From the NCBI GenBank assembly GCA_965261595.1, contig CBDHDG010000007.1:1152001-1216000 (forward strand): a stretch of DNA of 64,000 bases, given 5' to 3'. The translations under genes and the position numbers were made by a program. Of this stretch, positions 28,836 through 38,917 are shown one piece after another (positions within the stretch are counted from its first letter, which is position 1; each line of letters begins with the position of its first letter). Below the pieces are notes generated by a model that saw only the letters and a program-made list of their open reading frames with translations, had not been told where the DNA came from and made no database searches. Origin of the DNA: a bacterium (GTDB taxonomy: Bacteria > UBA8248 > JACPRG01 > G963555815).

Positions 28836-29499
28836 AGAAGGGATGGCCGCCCGGGCGGCCCGGGAGGTGAAAGACGGCGACACCGTCAACCTGGGGCAGG
28901 GCATGCCGACCCTTGTGGGGAACTACATCCCCGCCGGCCTCCAGGTGATGCTGCACGGGGAGAACGGCATCCTGGGGTTCGGCGCGCGGCCGCCGAGAGA
29001 AGAATGGGATCAGGACCTCATCAACGCGGGCAAGGAAGCGGTCTCGCTGGCCCCGGGGGCGAGCTTTTTTTCCTCCGACGTTTCTTTCTTAATGATCCGG
29101 GGAGGCCACCTGGACATCTGCATCCTCGGGGCTTACCAGGTCTCCGAGACCGGGGACATCGCCAACTGGAGTGCCCCGGGCCGCACGTTCGGCGGGATGG
29201 GCGGGGCCATGGACATCGCCGCCGGGGCCCGACATCTCATCGCCCTCACCACCCACGTCCATAAGGACGGCTCGCCGAAACTCGTCAAGACGTGCACCTA
29301 CCCCCTGACGGCGAAACGGGCGGTTCACCGGGTCATCACGGATCTGGCGGTCGTCGACGTGACGGATGAGGGGCTCCTGCTGCGGGAGATCGTCCCCGGG
29401 CTGGAGGTCGAAGAGCTCCAGGAGATGACGGCGCCGAAATTGAAAGTGGCCGAAGACCTGAAACCCCTCGAGGTTTCCGCCGCGGCGGTTTCAGGTTGA
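28810..29499 (+). CDS. 3-oxoacid CoA-transferase subunit B
   Basis: VNLGQGMPT, ENG, NAGKE, IRGGHLD, GMGGAMD. Confidence 0.95.
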   Translation: MMSAAGLSREGMAARAAREVKDGDTVNLGQGMPTLVGNYIPAGLQVMLHGENGILGFGARPPREEWDQDLINAGKEAVSLAPGASFFSSDVSFLMIRGGHLDICILGAYQVSETGDIANWSAPGRTFGGMGGAMDIAAGARHLIALTTHVHKDGSPKLVKTCTYPLTAKRAVHRVITDLAVVDVTDEGLLLREIVPGLEVEELQEMTAPKLKVAEDLKPLEVSAAAVSG

Positions 29500-29572
29500 C
29501 CGCCCGAAACCCGATCGGTGAGCGCGCCCGCCGCGTCCGGCCGGCGCCGTCCCGCGGGAAAGGAATCGACCC

Positions 29573-30424
29573 ATGACCGATGAAGTGACCGCGATCGACA
29601 TCCATGTCCACCCGGCCGATGAGTCCCATGTGAAGTTTCTGGGGCGGTTTCACGATCACGCCGAAAAGTATTTCCGCAGGAAGATGGAGGTTGTCAGCCT
29701 GGATGAGACGGCCGACAACTACCGCTCGCTCAACATGAAGGCCGTTCTTCTGGCGCTGGATTGCGAGAGCAACTTCGGCACCCCGGCCGTCTCGAACGAG
29801 CACGTGGCGGCGGCCGTCAAAAAGCATCCGGACGTCTTCATGGGATTCGGAAGCGTGGACCCGTGGAAGGGCAAGAAGGCGCTGGAGGCGGTCGACAAGG
29901 TCCGGGACCTGGGGCTGATCGGGATGAAGTTCCACGCCGCCGAGCAGGCGTTCTTTCCCAATGACCAACGGTTTTATCCCCTGTGGGCGAAGTGCGCCGA
30001 ATGGGAGCTGCCGTGTCTGTTTCACATCGGGATGTGCGGGATCGGCGCGGGCGCCCCGGGGGGGATGGGCCTGAAGCTCAAGTATGTCCGTCCCATCCCT
30101 TACGTGGATGACGTGGCCGCGGATTTCCCCGAGCTGACGATCATCGGGGCGCACCCGGCCTGGCCCTGGCAGGACGAGATGCTGGCCGTCGCCATGCACA
30201 AAGCCAACGTTTACATCGATCTCTCCGGCTGGTCCCCGAAGTATTTCCCGCCTTCCCTGGTCCACTACACGAACTTCGCTTTGGGCGACAAGGTGCTCTT
30301 CGGCTCGGATTACCCGGTCCTCACCCCCGAGCGGTGGATGAAGGACTTCGAGGGGGCGGGCTTCAAGGAGGAACTTCACCCGAAGATATTCCGAGAAAAC
30401 GCGAAGCGGCTGTTGAAACTCTAG
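29573..30424 (+). CDS. Amidohydrolase_2 family protein
   Basis: IDIHVH, GMKFH, LFHIG, AHPAWPW, DLSGWSPKY, FGSDYP. Confidence 0.93.
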   Translation: MTDEVTAIDIHVHPADESHVKFLGRFHDHAEKYFRRKMEVVSLDETADNYRSLNMKAVLLALDCESNFGTPAVSNEHVAAAVKKHPDVFMGFGSVDPWKGKKALEAVDKVRDLGLIGMKFHAAEQAFFPNDQRFYPLWAKCAEWELPCLFHIGMCGIGAGAPGGMGLKLKYVRPIPYVDDVAADFPELTIIGAHPAWPWQDEMLAVAMHKANVYIDLSGWSPKYFPPSLVHYTNFALGDKVLFGSDYPVLTPERWMKDFEGAGFKEELHPKIFRENAKRLLKL

Positions 30425-30434
30425 GCTGGATTTC

Positions 30435-32300
30435 TCACAAAGGTTTCGATGGGGCCGCACCCCCCCCGGCCGGGAAGTCGGCGATGACCGCGAGAAAATC
30501 CTCGCCGTAACGCTTGAGCTTCGCCTTGCCGATGCCGGAAATTTGCTGAAGGTCTTCCAGACTCCCGGGCTTTCCGTTCGCCATCTCGATCAGCGTGCTG
30601 TCATGAAAGATAACATAGGCGGGTATGCCCTGTTCATTCGCGAGCTCCAGCCTCCGGGCGCGCAGGGCCTCGAACAAGGTTTCTTCCGCCCGCCCGTCCA
30701 GCTCGGCCCGCTCCCGGGATATTCCGGCGCCGGCTCTCCCGGCCTTCGCCCGCCGCTTGCGGACCGGGTCCCGGCGAAAATCGATGCGCCGCTCCCCCCG
30801 CAGCACCTCCCGGCAATTCTCCCCCAGGCGCAATCCTCCGTGGCCCTGGATGTCCACGACGAGAAGCCCCATCGCCACAAGCTGGCGGAAGACGGAATGC
30901 CATTCCGCCCGGGGGCGCTCTTTGCCGATGCCGTAAGTGCTCAAGCGGTCATGGCGGAATTTTTGAATCCGCTCCGTTTCCCCGCCGAGCAGCACGTCGA
31001 TGACGTGGCCGGCGCCGAACATCTGCCCGGTCCGGTAAACGCAGGAGAGCGCCATCTGCGCCTCGCGGGACCCGTCGAAGCTGTCGACCGGCTCCAGGCA
31101 GGTGTCACAGTTCCCGCAGGCCGCGGGGTGCGCCTCGCCGAAATATTCGATCAACACCTGCCTTCGGCAGCGCGTGGTCTCGCAGTATCCGAGGAGCGCG
31201 TTCAGTTTCTGGCGCTCGACCTGCTTCTGCCGCTCGGCCGCGTCGGAATCCTCGATCCACCGGCGCTGTTTCACGGCGTCTTCCAGGCCGTAGGCCATCC
31301 ATGCGTCCGACGGCAGCCCGTCGCGTCCGGCGCGCCCCGTTTCCTGGTAATAGGCCTCGACGCTTTTGGGCAGGTCCAGGTGAGCGACGAAACGGACGTC
31401 CGGCTTATCGATGCCCATGCCGAAGGCGATGGTCGCGGCCATCACGATCCCTTCTTCCTTCAGGAAGCGGTCCTGGTTCCGGGCGCGAAGGGCCGTGTCC
31501 AGTCCGGCGTGATAGGGGAGGGACTGAAACCCCCGCTCCGACAGCCATTGGGCCGTCTCCTCGGTCTTCCGGCGGGAGATGCAGTAGACAATCCCCGATT
31601 CGCCCTCGTGCCCGGGGGTGAGGAATTCGAGAAGCTGGTCCCGCGGGTTCTGCTTGGGGACGACGCGGTATTGGATGTTGGGCCGGTCGAAGCCCGAGAC
31701 GAACACGCGGCCCCCGGCCGAATCCGGCGACAGACCCAGCCGCTCCACGATGTCCCGGCGGGTCGGCCCGTCCGCCGTGGCGGTCAGCGCGATCCGGGGG
31801 ACGGAGGGAAATCGTTCGCGCAGCACGGCTAGTCGGAGATATTCCGGCCGGAAGTCGTGCCCCCATTGCGAGACGCAATGGGCCTCGTCGATGGCGAACA
31901 GCGCCACCTTGCAGGATTCGATGAGGTTCAGGCAGGAGTCCGTCAGAAGGCGTTCCGGCGCGATGTAAACGAGATCGAGCGCGCCGTCCCGCATTTGCCG
32001 CGTGACGCGCGACGCTTCCTCATGGGACAGCGTGGAGTTCAGCGCGGCGGCGCGCACGCCGACCTGCCGGAGGGCCTCGACCTGGTCCCGCATCAGGGCG
32101 ATGAGGGGCGACACCACCACCCCGACGCCGGGCCGGCAGATGGACGGGATCTGGTAGCAGAGCGATTTTCCGCCGCCGGTCGGCATCAGGACCAGGGCGT
32201 CGCCCCCCGTAAGGACGTGGCTGATGATCTCGGCTTGGTTGCCGCGAAAGGTTTCAAAACCGAAAACGTTGCGGAGGACCTCTTTGGGTGGATCCGGCAT
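30435..32300 (-). CDS. recQ: ATP-dependent DNA helicase RecQ
   Basis: [57 protein letters not shown], Zn/RQC and HRDC regions. Confidence 0.97.
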   Translation of the reverse strand: MPDPPKEVLRNVFGFETFRGNQAEIISHVLTGGDALVLMPTGGGKSLCYQIPSICRPGVGVVVSPLIALMRDQVEALRQVGVRAAALNSTLSHEEASRVTRQMRDGALDLVYIAPERLLTDSCLNLIESCKVALFAIDEAHCVSQWGHDFRPEYLRLAVLRERFPSVPRIALTATADGPTRRDIVERLGLSPDSAGGRVFVSGFDRPNIQYRVVPKQNPRDQLLEFLTPGHEGESGIVYCISRRKTEETAQWLSERGFQSLPYHAGLDTALRARNQDRFLKEEGIVMAATIAFGMGIDKPDVRFVAHLDLPKSVEAYYQETGRAGRDGLPSDAWMAYGLEDAVKQRRWIEDSDAAERQKQVERQKLNALLGYCETTRCRRQVLIEYFGEAHPAACGNCDTCLEPVDSFDGSREAQMALSCVYRTGQMFGAGHVIDVLLGGETERIQKFRHDRLSTYGIGKERPRAEWHSVFRQLVAMGLLVVDIQGHGGLRLGENCREVLRGERRIDFRRDPVRKRRAKAGRAGAGISRERAELDGRAEETLFEALRARRLELANEQGIPAYVIFHDSTLIEMANGKPGSLEDLQQISGIGKAKLKRYGEDFLAVIADFPAGGGAAPSKPL

Positions 32301-32513
32301 GCCCGTGATCATACGCGGCGCCCGGCATGGCAATCCAGGCTTCGTGAGGGGAGGAGGGCGTGGAAAGACGTGAGTTCGAACTTTCCGGCGGCGCCTTCCC
32401 CCCGGCCGCTCCGGAAGGTGGCATAATGAAGCGGCGGCGGGACTGAGCCACGCGCGCCCGAGCCGAGCGCGCCGCTCCCATCCAATCCTGATGACAGAGG
32501 CCAAGTTTCCGAC

Positions 32514-33377
32514 ATGGGGTTCTTTTGGGCGATTTTATGTGGATTCGCGTTCGGGATGGGGGACACCCTCATCCGGCTGGGCGTCCGGTCCGGCACGCCT
32601 TTCACCGGCGCCATCATCTCATCCTCCACCATGGTCCTCTTGCTCCTGTTTCCGGTTCTGTCGCAGGATTTGGGCGGGCGGCCCTTGTGGCCCGCGATCG
32701 GCTGGTACCTCGCGATGGGGGCCGCGGCGACCGCGCCCGGCCGGCTTCTGTTCTACTTCAGCCTTCGGCGCATCGGCGTCTCCAGGGCTTCGATTCTGGT
32801 CACCATCAGCCCCCTGCTCAGCATGCTCTTCGCCGTGGCCTTTCTGGGGGAGCGGCCCACCGGCTGGGTGGTCCTCGGGGCCATCCTCATTTTTCTCGGG
32901 GTGCTGAGCTTTACGATGGAAAAGACCAGTATCCGGATCACCCCCGCCGCCGCTCTGCTGGGCCTTCTGCCCACGGTATTTTTCAGCATGATGCCCCTGT
33001 TCATGCGGATCGGGATGCGGTCCCTCCCGAACCCCGTTTTGGGAACCTTTCTGGCCGGCGTCGGCGCTCTGGCCGTCCTTTTGGCCGTGCAGGGATTTCT
33101 CCCGCGGGCGGACCGCTGGGGTGTGAGCCGGCGCGCTTTCGGCCTATTCGTGGCCGCGGGTTTCTTCTACACCGCGGCGTTTTTCGCCTTTTACGAGGCC
33201 CTCGGCTCGGAGTCGGTCAGCTTCGTCGCTCCGCTTGTATTCACCTCTCCGTTGTTCGCGATGTTGGTGGCCCGCCTTTTCTTCCGGGACCTGGAGCGGG
33301 TCACCTGGAAATTGGCCGCGGGGGGCGTGGTGGTCTTCCTGGGGGTCGTAGCGATTTCCCTTTCCCGAGGGGGGTGA
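32514..33377 (+). CDS. DMT/EamA family transporter
   Basis: About 10 hydrophobic segments in two repeats, SPL...FLGER. Confidence 0.88.
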   Translation: MGFFWAILCGFAFGMGDTLIRLGVRSGTPFTGAIISSSTMVLLLLFPVLSQDLGGRPLWPAIGWYLAMGAAATAPGRLLFYFSLRRIGVSRASILVTISPLLSMLFAVAFLGERPTGWVVLGAILIFLGVLSFTMEKTSIRITPAAALLGLLPTVFFSMMPLFMRIGMRSLPNPVLGTFLAGVGALAVLLAVQGFLPRADRWGVSRRAFGLFVAAGFFYTAAFFAFYEALGSESVSFVAPLVFTSPLFAMLVARLFFRDLERVTWKLAAGGVVVFLGVVAISLSRGG

Positions 33378-33512
33378 CCCGCATTCCTTCCAAAGAGAAT
33401 CTTCATTCTCGTAAAGGTCGGTGAACGGGTTGCCTTTCAATCCATTATCCGATGCAAGGGAGTCGCCCGGCTGAAACACCCCGCTCTCCGTGCGGGCGTC
33501 TGACAGGCCGGG
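33375..33512 (+). repeat. ~145-bp dispersed repeat copy
   Basis: CGGTGAACGGGTT...GATGCAAGGGAGTCGCCCGGCTGAAACACCCC shared with 27847-27989. Confidence 0.8.
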
Positions 33513-33618
33513 ACCCCCCGACCGATTTCCTGTTTACAATTCGCATGAACTTTCTCTAAGATCCTGATTGTCCAAAGTTCATAGGTTGCAAAGGCTCACG
33601 CATGGGGAGCGGGGTTCC

Positions 33619-35799
33619 ATGAAGTGGTTGCCGTGTCGGGTGTTTGTCGCGCTCTCGGTGTGGGCGTTCGCCGCCTCCACCCCCCCGCCCGCATTCTCGC
33701 AGAGCCCCGCTTTCGCGCAGACCAAGGACATCGGCGTCCTGCCCGCGCGCGTCCGGAAGGAGATGGCCCGGGGCGAGCGCTACGCCCTCCTCATCGGGAT
33801 CGGCCGCCACCAGGACAAGCGCATCCCCGGCCTCAACTACAGCGCCGCCGACGCGAAGGCCATGTACGCGGTCCTCACCGACCCCAATCACGGCCGGTTC
33901 CCGAAGAAGAACGTCCGGCTGCTTCTCGACGAGAGAGCGACGGCCAAGGGCATCCGCAGGGGGTTCACGTGGCTTCGCCGCCGCGCGGGGCCGGAGGACA
34001 TGGCCGTCGGCAACGCCTACATCACTCGCCAGCTTCGGCGGGTCCGCGCCAAGCGCCTCATCACGTTCCTGGACTCGTGCTATTCCGCCGCCATCGTCAA
34101 AAAGGAGGACAGGCCCAAGGCGCTTTTCAATCAGGATTTCTTCGCCAAGTTCAAGGGTGCGGGCCGGGTGACGATCACCGCCAGCGACGGCAAGGAGCTT
34201 TCGCTCGAATCAAAGGACCTTGGGCAGGGGGTCTTCACCTACTACCTTGTCCAGGCCCTCAAGGGCAAAGCCGACGTGAATCAGGACGGCGCGGTAGATC
34301 TCGAGGAGGTCTGGGCGCATGTCCGCAAGCGCGTGACCGACGAGGCCATCCGGCGCGGAAACCGCCAGCGTCCGCAGCTCATCACAAAAAGCCTCTCAGC
34401 GGGGTTCCTCGTAAGCCTGAACCCGGGCGTCCTGCCCCGGTTCCGCAAGCGGCAGGCCCGCCTTCTCGCCCTCCTTCAAAAGCGGCGCGTCTCCGGGTCC
34501 GAGTACGAGGAGGCCCGGAAGGTCCTCGACGGCGAGGGCGACAACCGGCTCCTTCAGGTCGTCCGGGACCTGGCCGACGGCAGGCTCGCCCCCCGGTACT
34601 ACCGTGTCGCGAGGGCCGATGTCCTGCGGGGGAATCGGAAGCGTCCGGCTCAGCCCCCCGCTCAAAAGCCGCGCCGGAGAGAGAGGAAGCCCGAAAGGGC
34701 CGCGTCGGCGGGGACGGGGGACCTCTACATCGTCAGCGAGCCTCCGGGCGCGCGGATCTTCATCGACGGCCGGGACACGGGGAAAAAGACCCCGGTCCTT
34801 CTGGAAGGCATCCCTTCCGGGAATCGCAGGGTCCGGTTGCGGAAGGGCAATTACATGGTGGCGTCGAAAGGTGTGAGCGTTCCGCGGGATGACATCGGCC
34901 AGTTGAAGCTCAAGCTGGAGGTCATGCGGGGCAGGCTCAAGGTCGTCTCCGAGCCCTTGGAGGCAGACGTTTTCGTGGGCAAGAAGAAGGTGGGTCGGAC
35001 GCCCCTGATCGCGTCGGTTCCCGGAGGGCCTCAGGTGATCCGCGTCGTGAAGGCGGGCTACAAGCCATTCGAGCGGAAGATGAATATCTCCGTCCGTCGG
35101 AGCAACCGGCTGATGGCCGTCCTTGTTGTTGACCCAATCCCCCGCGGGATGGTCAAGGTGCCCGTGGGTTGGTTCATCATGGGAAGCAACGAGTCCGATG
35201 ACGAGAAGCCGCGCCACCGCGTTTATTTGGATGAGTTTTTCATCGACAAGTATCCGGTGACGAACGCCCGGTTCCGGAGGTTTGGAACGCCGGACAAGGA
35301 TTTCGGCGCCAAGTTCAACGGCGCTCGCCAGCCTGTGGTGGGCGTGACGTGGACTCAAGCGCGGGATTATTGCAAGTCCGTGGAAAAGCGTTTGCCGACG
35401 GAGGCGGAGTGGGAGAAGTCGGCTCGTGGCGTGGACGGCCGGAAATATCCCTGGGGGAGTCAGTGGGATGGCTCAAAGGTGATCTGGGATAAGAACAGCG
35501 GCGGTAAGACGCACCCTGTGGACCGGACGTACAACACGCACCGGAGTCCGTATGGCGCTGTGGACATGGCGGGGAACACTTGGGAGTGGGTGGCGGACTG
35601 GTACGGAAAGAATTATTACGCCAATGCCCCGGATCGGAATCCAAAAGGACCGGCCTCTGGCAGCGGGCGCGTTTGGCGCGGCGGTTCCTGGTACGGCGGC
35701 GGTACGGCGAACTTCCGCGCGGCGGCTCGCAACAATGGGCGGCCAGTCGACCGGGACTTCAGGATTTCGTTTCATTGCGCCAAGTCTTCAAATAAGTAA
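33619..35799 (+). CDS. Secreted caspase-like + PEGA x2 + FGE-sulfatase (CLec-fold) protein; DGR target
   Basis: Signal peptide; YALLIGI, FLDSCYS, GVFTYYL..ALKGKAD (peptidase C14); SEPPGARIFIDG (PEGA); FIMGS, RLPTEAEWEK, DMAGNTWEW, RGGSW (FGE). Confidence 0.92.
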   Translation: MKWLPCRVFVALSVWAFAASTPPPAFSQSPAFAQTKDIGVLPARVRKEMARGERYALLIGIGRHQDKRIPGLNYSAADAKAMYAVLTDPNHGRFPKKNVRLLLDERATAKGIRRGFTWLRRRAGPEDMAVGNAYITRQLRRVRAKRLITFLDSCYSAAIVKKEDRPKALFNQDFFAKFKGAGRVTITASDGKELSLESKDLGQGVFTYYLVQALKGKADVNQDGAVDLEEVWAHVRKRVTDEAIRRGNRQRPQLITKSLSAGFLVSLNPGVLPRFRKRQARLLALLQKRRVSGSEYEEARKVLDGEGDNRLLQVVRDLADGRLAPRYYRVARADVLRGNRKRPAQPPAQKPRRRERKPERAASAGTGDLYIVSEPPGARIFIDGRDTGKKTPVLLEGIPSGNRRVRLRKGNYMVASKGVSVPRDDIGQLKLKLEVMRGRLKVVSEPLEADVFVGKKKVGRTPLIASVPGGPQVIRVVKAGYKPFERKMNISVRRSNRLMAVLVVDPIPRGMVKVPVGWFIMGSNESDDEKPRHRVYLDEFFIDKYPVTNARFRRFGTPDKDFGAKFNGARQPVVGVTWTQARDYCKSVEKRLPTEAEWEKSARGVDGRKYPWGSQWDGSKVIWDKNSGGKTHPVDRTYNTHRSPYGAVDMAGNTWEWVADWYGKNYYANAPDRNPKGPASGSGRVWRGGSWYGGGTANFRAAARNNGRPVDRDFRISFHCAKSSNK

Positions 35800-35822
35800 C
35801 CCTTGATCACTTTTACCCTTTT
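35670..35822 (+). other. Putative DGR variable region and IMH-like pyrimidine tract
   Basis: RGGSW...R.A.R....P..R C-terminus with NNC/NNT codons at typical variable sites; followed by CCCTTGATCACTTTTACCCTTTT; boundaries approximate. Confidence 0.65.
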
Positions 35823-35829
35823 GGGGGTC

Positions 35830-35850
35830 CCAGGGGGCGTAGCCCCCTGG
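35830..35850. other. GC-rich hairpin downstream of the VR (DGR target-recognition hairpin candidate)
   Basis: CCAGGGGGC-GTA-GCCCCCTGG perfect 9-bp stem. Confidence 0.7.
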
Positions 35851-35889
35851 TGAACTTTTTTGAGACGGGGGGTATGAAATTTAACGGTA

Positions 35890-36231
35890 ATGGGGCAATC
35901 GCCGGTCATCGTCGAGCGATTCTATGGGTTCCTGGTTTGGATCTTTGAACGGACTTCACAATACCCGAAGACATACCGCTATTCGCTGGGCGGGAAGATT
36001 CAACAGGAAGCCCTCGCGATTCTCGAACACCTGGTTCAGGCCGCTTACCGCAAGCAGAAACGCCCAATCCTGGAAGACATCAATCGAAAGCTCGAATCCA
36101 TGCGGTTCCTGATCCGTTTGAGCAAGGACCTCAAGTGCCTGAGTCTTCGGCAATACGAATACGCCGGCAATGAGTGTATGGAGGTGGGCAACCAGGTGGG
36201 CGGCTGGATCAAAAGCGTGAGGCGGGGATGA
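35890..36231 (+). CDS. avd: DGR accessory variability determinant (Avd-like four-helix bundle)
   Basis: 113 aa; YPKTYRYSLG.KI, LRFLIRL-like segment, YEY...EVGNQVGGW. Confidence 0.88.
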   Translation: MGQSPVIVERFYGFLVWIFERTSQYPKTYRYSLGGKIQQEALAILEHLVQAAYRKQKRPILEDINRKLESMRFLIRLSKDLKCLSLRQYEYAGNECMEVGNQVGGWIKSVRRG

Positions 36232-36255
36232 AAACCCACAAGAATCTTTTCCCCC
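36228..36255 (+). pseudogene. 5' stub of probable DGR reverse transcriptase, truncated by IS3
   Basis: ATGA-coupled to avd; MKTHKNLFP resembles N-termini of DGR RTs; IS3 end begins about 36250. Confidence 0.6.
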
Positions 36256-36315
36256 GCTCTAGGGTTTTGTTGGACACTCGATTGATCCATGATTCATGGA
36301 GAAAGGGGTGTCGCG

Positions 36316-36702
36316 ATGAACGAACAAAAGCAAGAGGGGGCTTTGGCGGAGGGCGCCCGCAGGGCGAACGGAGCCAAGGCCCCAGGGCATCGCAGTGAGC
36401 GGGGTCGGTTCTCCTGCCAGCGCAAGCGGGAGGCGGTCCTGCGTCTTTTGCGGGGCGAGAGCCTGGAGACGCTCTGCCGCGAGTTGGGCACGACAGCGGC
36501 TCGGCTTTCCGCCTGGCGCGAGGCGTTCCTTCGCGGGGGCGAGGCGGCGCTCAAAGCCCGCCCGGCGGATGAGCGGGACGAGGAGAACGCCCGGCTCAAG
36601 GCCAAGGTGGGCGAACTCACGATGGAGGGCGAGGTCCTGCGGGAGAAGATCGACCGCCTGGAGGCCGGCCGCCCTTTAGCCGGCAGGAGGTGGAGGCGAT
36701 GA
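36316..36702 (+). CDS. IS3 orfA (HTH)
   Basis: KREAVLRLLRGE...WREAFL...LKAKVGELTME. Confidence 0.9.
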   Translation: MNEQKQEGALAEGARRANGAKAPGHRSERGRFSCQRKREAVLRLLRGESLETLCRELGTTAARLSAWREAFLRGGEAALKARPADERDEENARLKAKVGELTMEGEVLREKIDRLEAGRPLAGRRWRR

Positions 36703-37607
36703 GTCAGGCCCGCTTCACCTCCACGGGCAGAGCCTACGGCCTGAAGCGGGTGTGCGCCCTTTGGGGCTTGGCGCGCTCCACGGTCTACGCGCAACGGCGG
36801 CGAGAGGCGGTCCCCGTTCATGAACGCCCCACGCCCAATAAGCGCGGCCCTGTGGGCCCGTGCACCGATGCGGAACTCCTCGGCCACATCCGGCAGGTCC
36901 TGGAGGACTCTCCCTTCCATGGCGAGGGCTACCGCAAGGTGTGGGCGAGGCTGCGCTTCGCGGGCATCCGCACCAGCAAGGAGCGGGTGCGTCGCCTGAT
37001 GCGGGAGGCGGGGCTTCAGGCCCCCCACCGGGTGGGCAAACCCCGAGGTCCCAAGGCCCACAACGGGACCATCCGCACCGAGCGGCCCGACCGAATGTGG
37101 GGCACGGACATGACGACGACGGTGACCACCGAGGAGGGGGTGGCCTCGGTGTTCGTGGCGGTGGATCACTGCTCGGTGGACTGCGTGGGGATCCATGCGG
37201 CCAAGAGCGGCAACCGCTTCGAGGCCCTGGAGCCGATCCGGCAGGGGGTCGCCGAGCGCTTCGCCGGCTTGGAGGCGGACGTCGCCGAGGGGCTTAAAGT
37301 TCGTCACGACCACGGCCCCGCCTATCTGTCCGATGACTTTCAGCGGGAGATCGCCTACCTGGGCATGACCAGTTCGCCCAGCTTCGTGCGGGCGCCCGAG
37401 GGAAATGGCTACTGTGAGTGGTTCATCCGCATCTTGAAGGAGAATCTCCTGTGGGTGCGCTCTTTCGCCACCGTAGAGGAACTGCGGTGGGCGCTGCTTG
37501 AGTTCAAGAACCTGTACAACCATCATTGGATTCTCGAGGGCTACGGCTACCGAACGCCGGCCCAGGCAAGGCAGGAAAAACTCGCTCAAGTTGCGGAGGC
37601 CGCATGA
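36699..37607 (+). CDS. IS3 orfB DDE transposase
   Basis: WGTDMT, HDHG, GNGYCE motifs. Confidence 0.93.
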   Translation: MSQARFTSTGRAYGLKRVCALWGLARSTVYAQRRREAVPVHERPTPNKRGPVGPCTDAELLGHIRQVLEDSPFHGEGYRKVWARLRFAGIRTSKERVRRLMREAGLQAPHRVGKPRGPKAHNGTIRTERPDRMWGTDMTTTVTTEEGVASVFVAVDHCSVDCVGIHAAKSGNRFEALEPIRQGVAERFAGLEADVAEGLKVRHDHGPAYLSDDFQREIAYLGMTSSPSFVRAPEGNGYCEWFIRILKENLLWVRSFATVEELRWALLEFKNLYNHHWILEGYGYRTPAQARQEKLAQVAEAA

Positions 37608-37712
37608 GGTCGAATACCCTCACCCGAGTGTCCAATAACCCAGGGGCGGTCCATCACTTTCACATCCTCAGCGCGCACACCCTTGCACTTCCCTATCTCT
37701 TTAGGGAACGCC

Positions 37713-38447
37713 ATGCGCCTTATTCAAAAGAGCCTCGCAGTTCTCCTACTCGCCGCAGTTCTGCCTGCCCTCTTGTCTTGCTCAGGGACAGAAGCAGACC
37801 GTCTCGATGCTGAAGTGGGTCGCCCGTATCAGGCTGGTCGGTATGCGGAAGCAATTCCCCTGGCGCAACGCTCCCTGGCCATCCGAGAGAAAGCCCTGGG
37901 ACCTGAGCATCCCGATGTCGCAACGGGCCTCAACAACCTAGCCGCGCTCTACGAAGCCCAGGGCGAATACGGCAAGGCTGAGCCGCTTTACAAGCGCTCT
38001 CTTGCCATCGTTGAGAAAACGCTAGGGCCCGAGCATCCCCATTTGGCCACGGTCCTCAACAACCTGGCCCTGGTCTACCAAGCCCAGGGCCGCTACGCCA
38101 AGGCCGAGCCGCTCTACAAGCGCTCCCTGGCCATCCGTGAGAAAGCCCTCGGCCCCCAGCATCCCCAGGTGGCCACGGCCCTCAACAACCTGGCCGTGTT
38201 GTACCGGGCCCAGGACCGAGGCGCGCCGAGCCCCGGTCCAAAGAACACCGGAGAGGGCGCCCCGTGCGGAGACCGCGAAGGCCGAGGCCGGCGGGCTCCG
38301 TTCCTCCAGGGAGATCGTCTCCCACTTCGTTCGCGTGAAGACGATGGGGATCGGCGGGACCCGCGAGGGCAGGCTCACATTCCGGAACATCCTCTTCGAC
38401 TTCAACGCGGCCGAACTGAAACGGGAGTCCCTCGCTCAACTGGCTGA
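37713..38447 (+). pseudogene. TPR (kinesin-light-chain-like) lipoprotein, truncated about 38213
   Basis: LLSC lipobox; repeats of LGPEHP.VAT.LNNLA.LY.AQG.Y.KAEPLYKRSLAI; degenerates after LYRAQD. Confidence 0.75.
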
Positions 38448-38718
38448 AATGGGAAAGGCTCTATCTTCCCTGACGCGCACACGCGGGATGAAGTTTCGGA
38501 TTGAGGGCCACACCGACGCGAAAGGGAGCGATGCCTATAACCGGAGGCTGTCGCAGGAGCGGGCCAAAGCCGTTGTCCGTCACTTGATCGGAAGATACGG
38601 AGTGCCTCGCTCCAACCTCCAGGCCGTGGGCCAGGGCAAATCCCGACCGGTAGCGTCCAACGAATCGGACGATGGCAGACGCCTCAACCGGCGGGTGGAG
38701 GTGGTGTTGGATGAGTGA
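38213..38718 (+). pseudogene. OmpA-family C-terminal domain lacking its own start
   Basis: ILFDFNAAEL, IEGHTDAKGSDAYNRRLSQERA, GRRLNRRVEV, in a different frame from the TPR ORF. Confidence 0.8.
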
Positions 38719-38772
38719 ACGGCGCTTCGGCCCCTACGGGTGCGCGGGGGATTTCGTCGTAGCGACTGCCTA

Positions 38773-38917
38773 CCCCGTCCCGGCCCGTCACACGCCCGTG
38801 GAAAACAGGATGTTGGAACCCGGGCGATGCCCGTCCGCCGGGCAAACGATTGATAGACAACCCGCTCGCTCGACCTACCCCGTTCGGGCGCTCGCGTTGG
38901 TGAGAAATGCGGGTTAA
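38773..38917 (-). repeat. Diverged copy of ~145-bp dispersed repeat
   Basis: Conserved ends CCGGCCCGTCACACGCCCG and GTGAGAAATGCGGGTTAAG. Confidence 0.7.

Larger units (their letters stand above)
36250..37653 (+). mobile_element. IS3-family element, copy 2 (apparently intact)
   Basis: orfA and orfB intact; same ends as copy 1. Confidence 0.93.

Noticed and set aside
37860..38212. 126-bp nucleotide repeats
   Set aside because: Explained by 42-aa TPR coding repeats.
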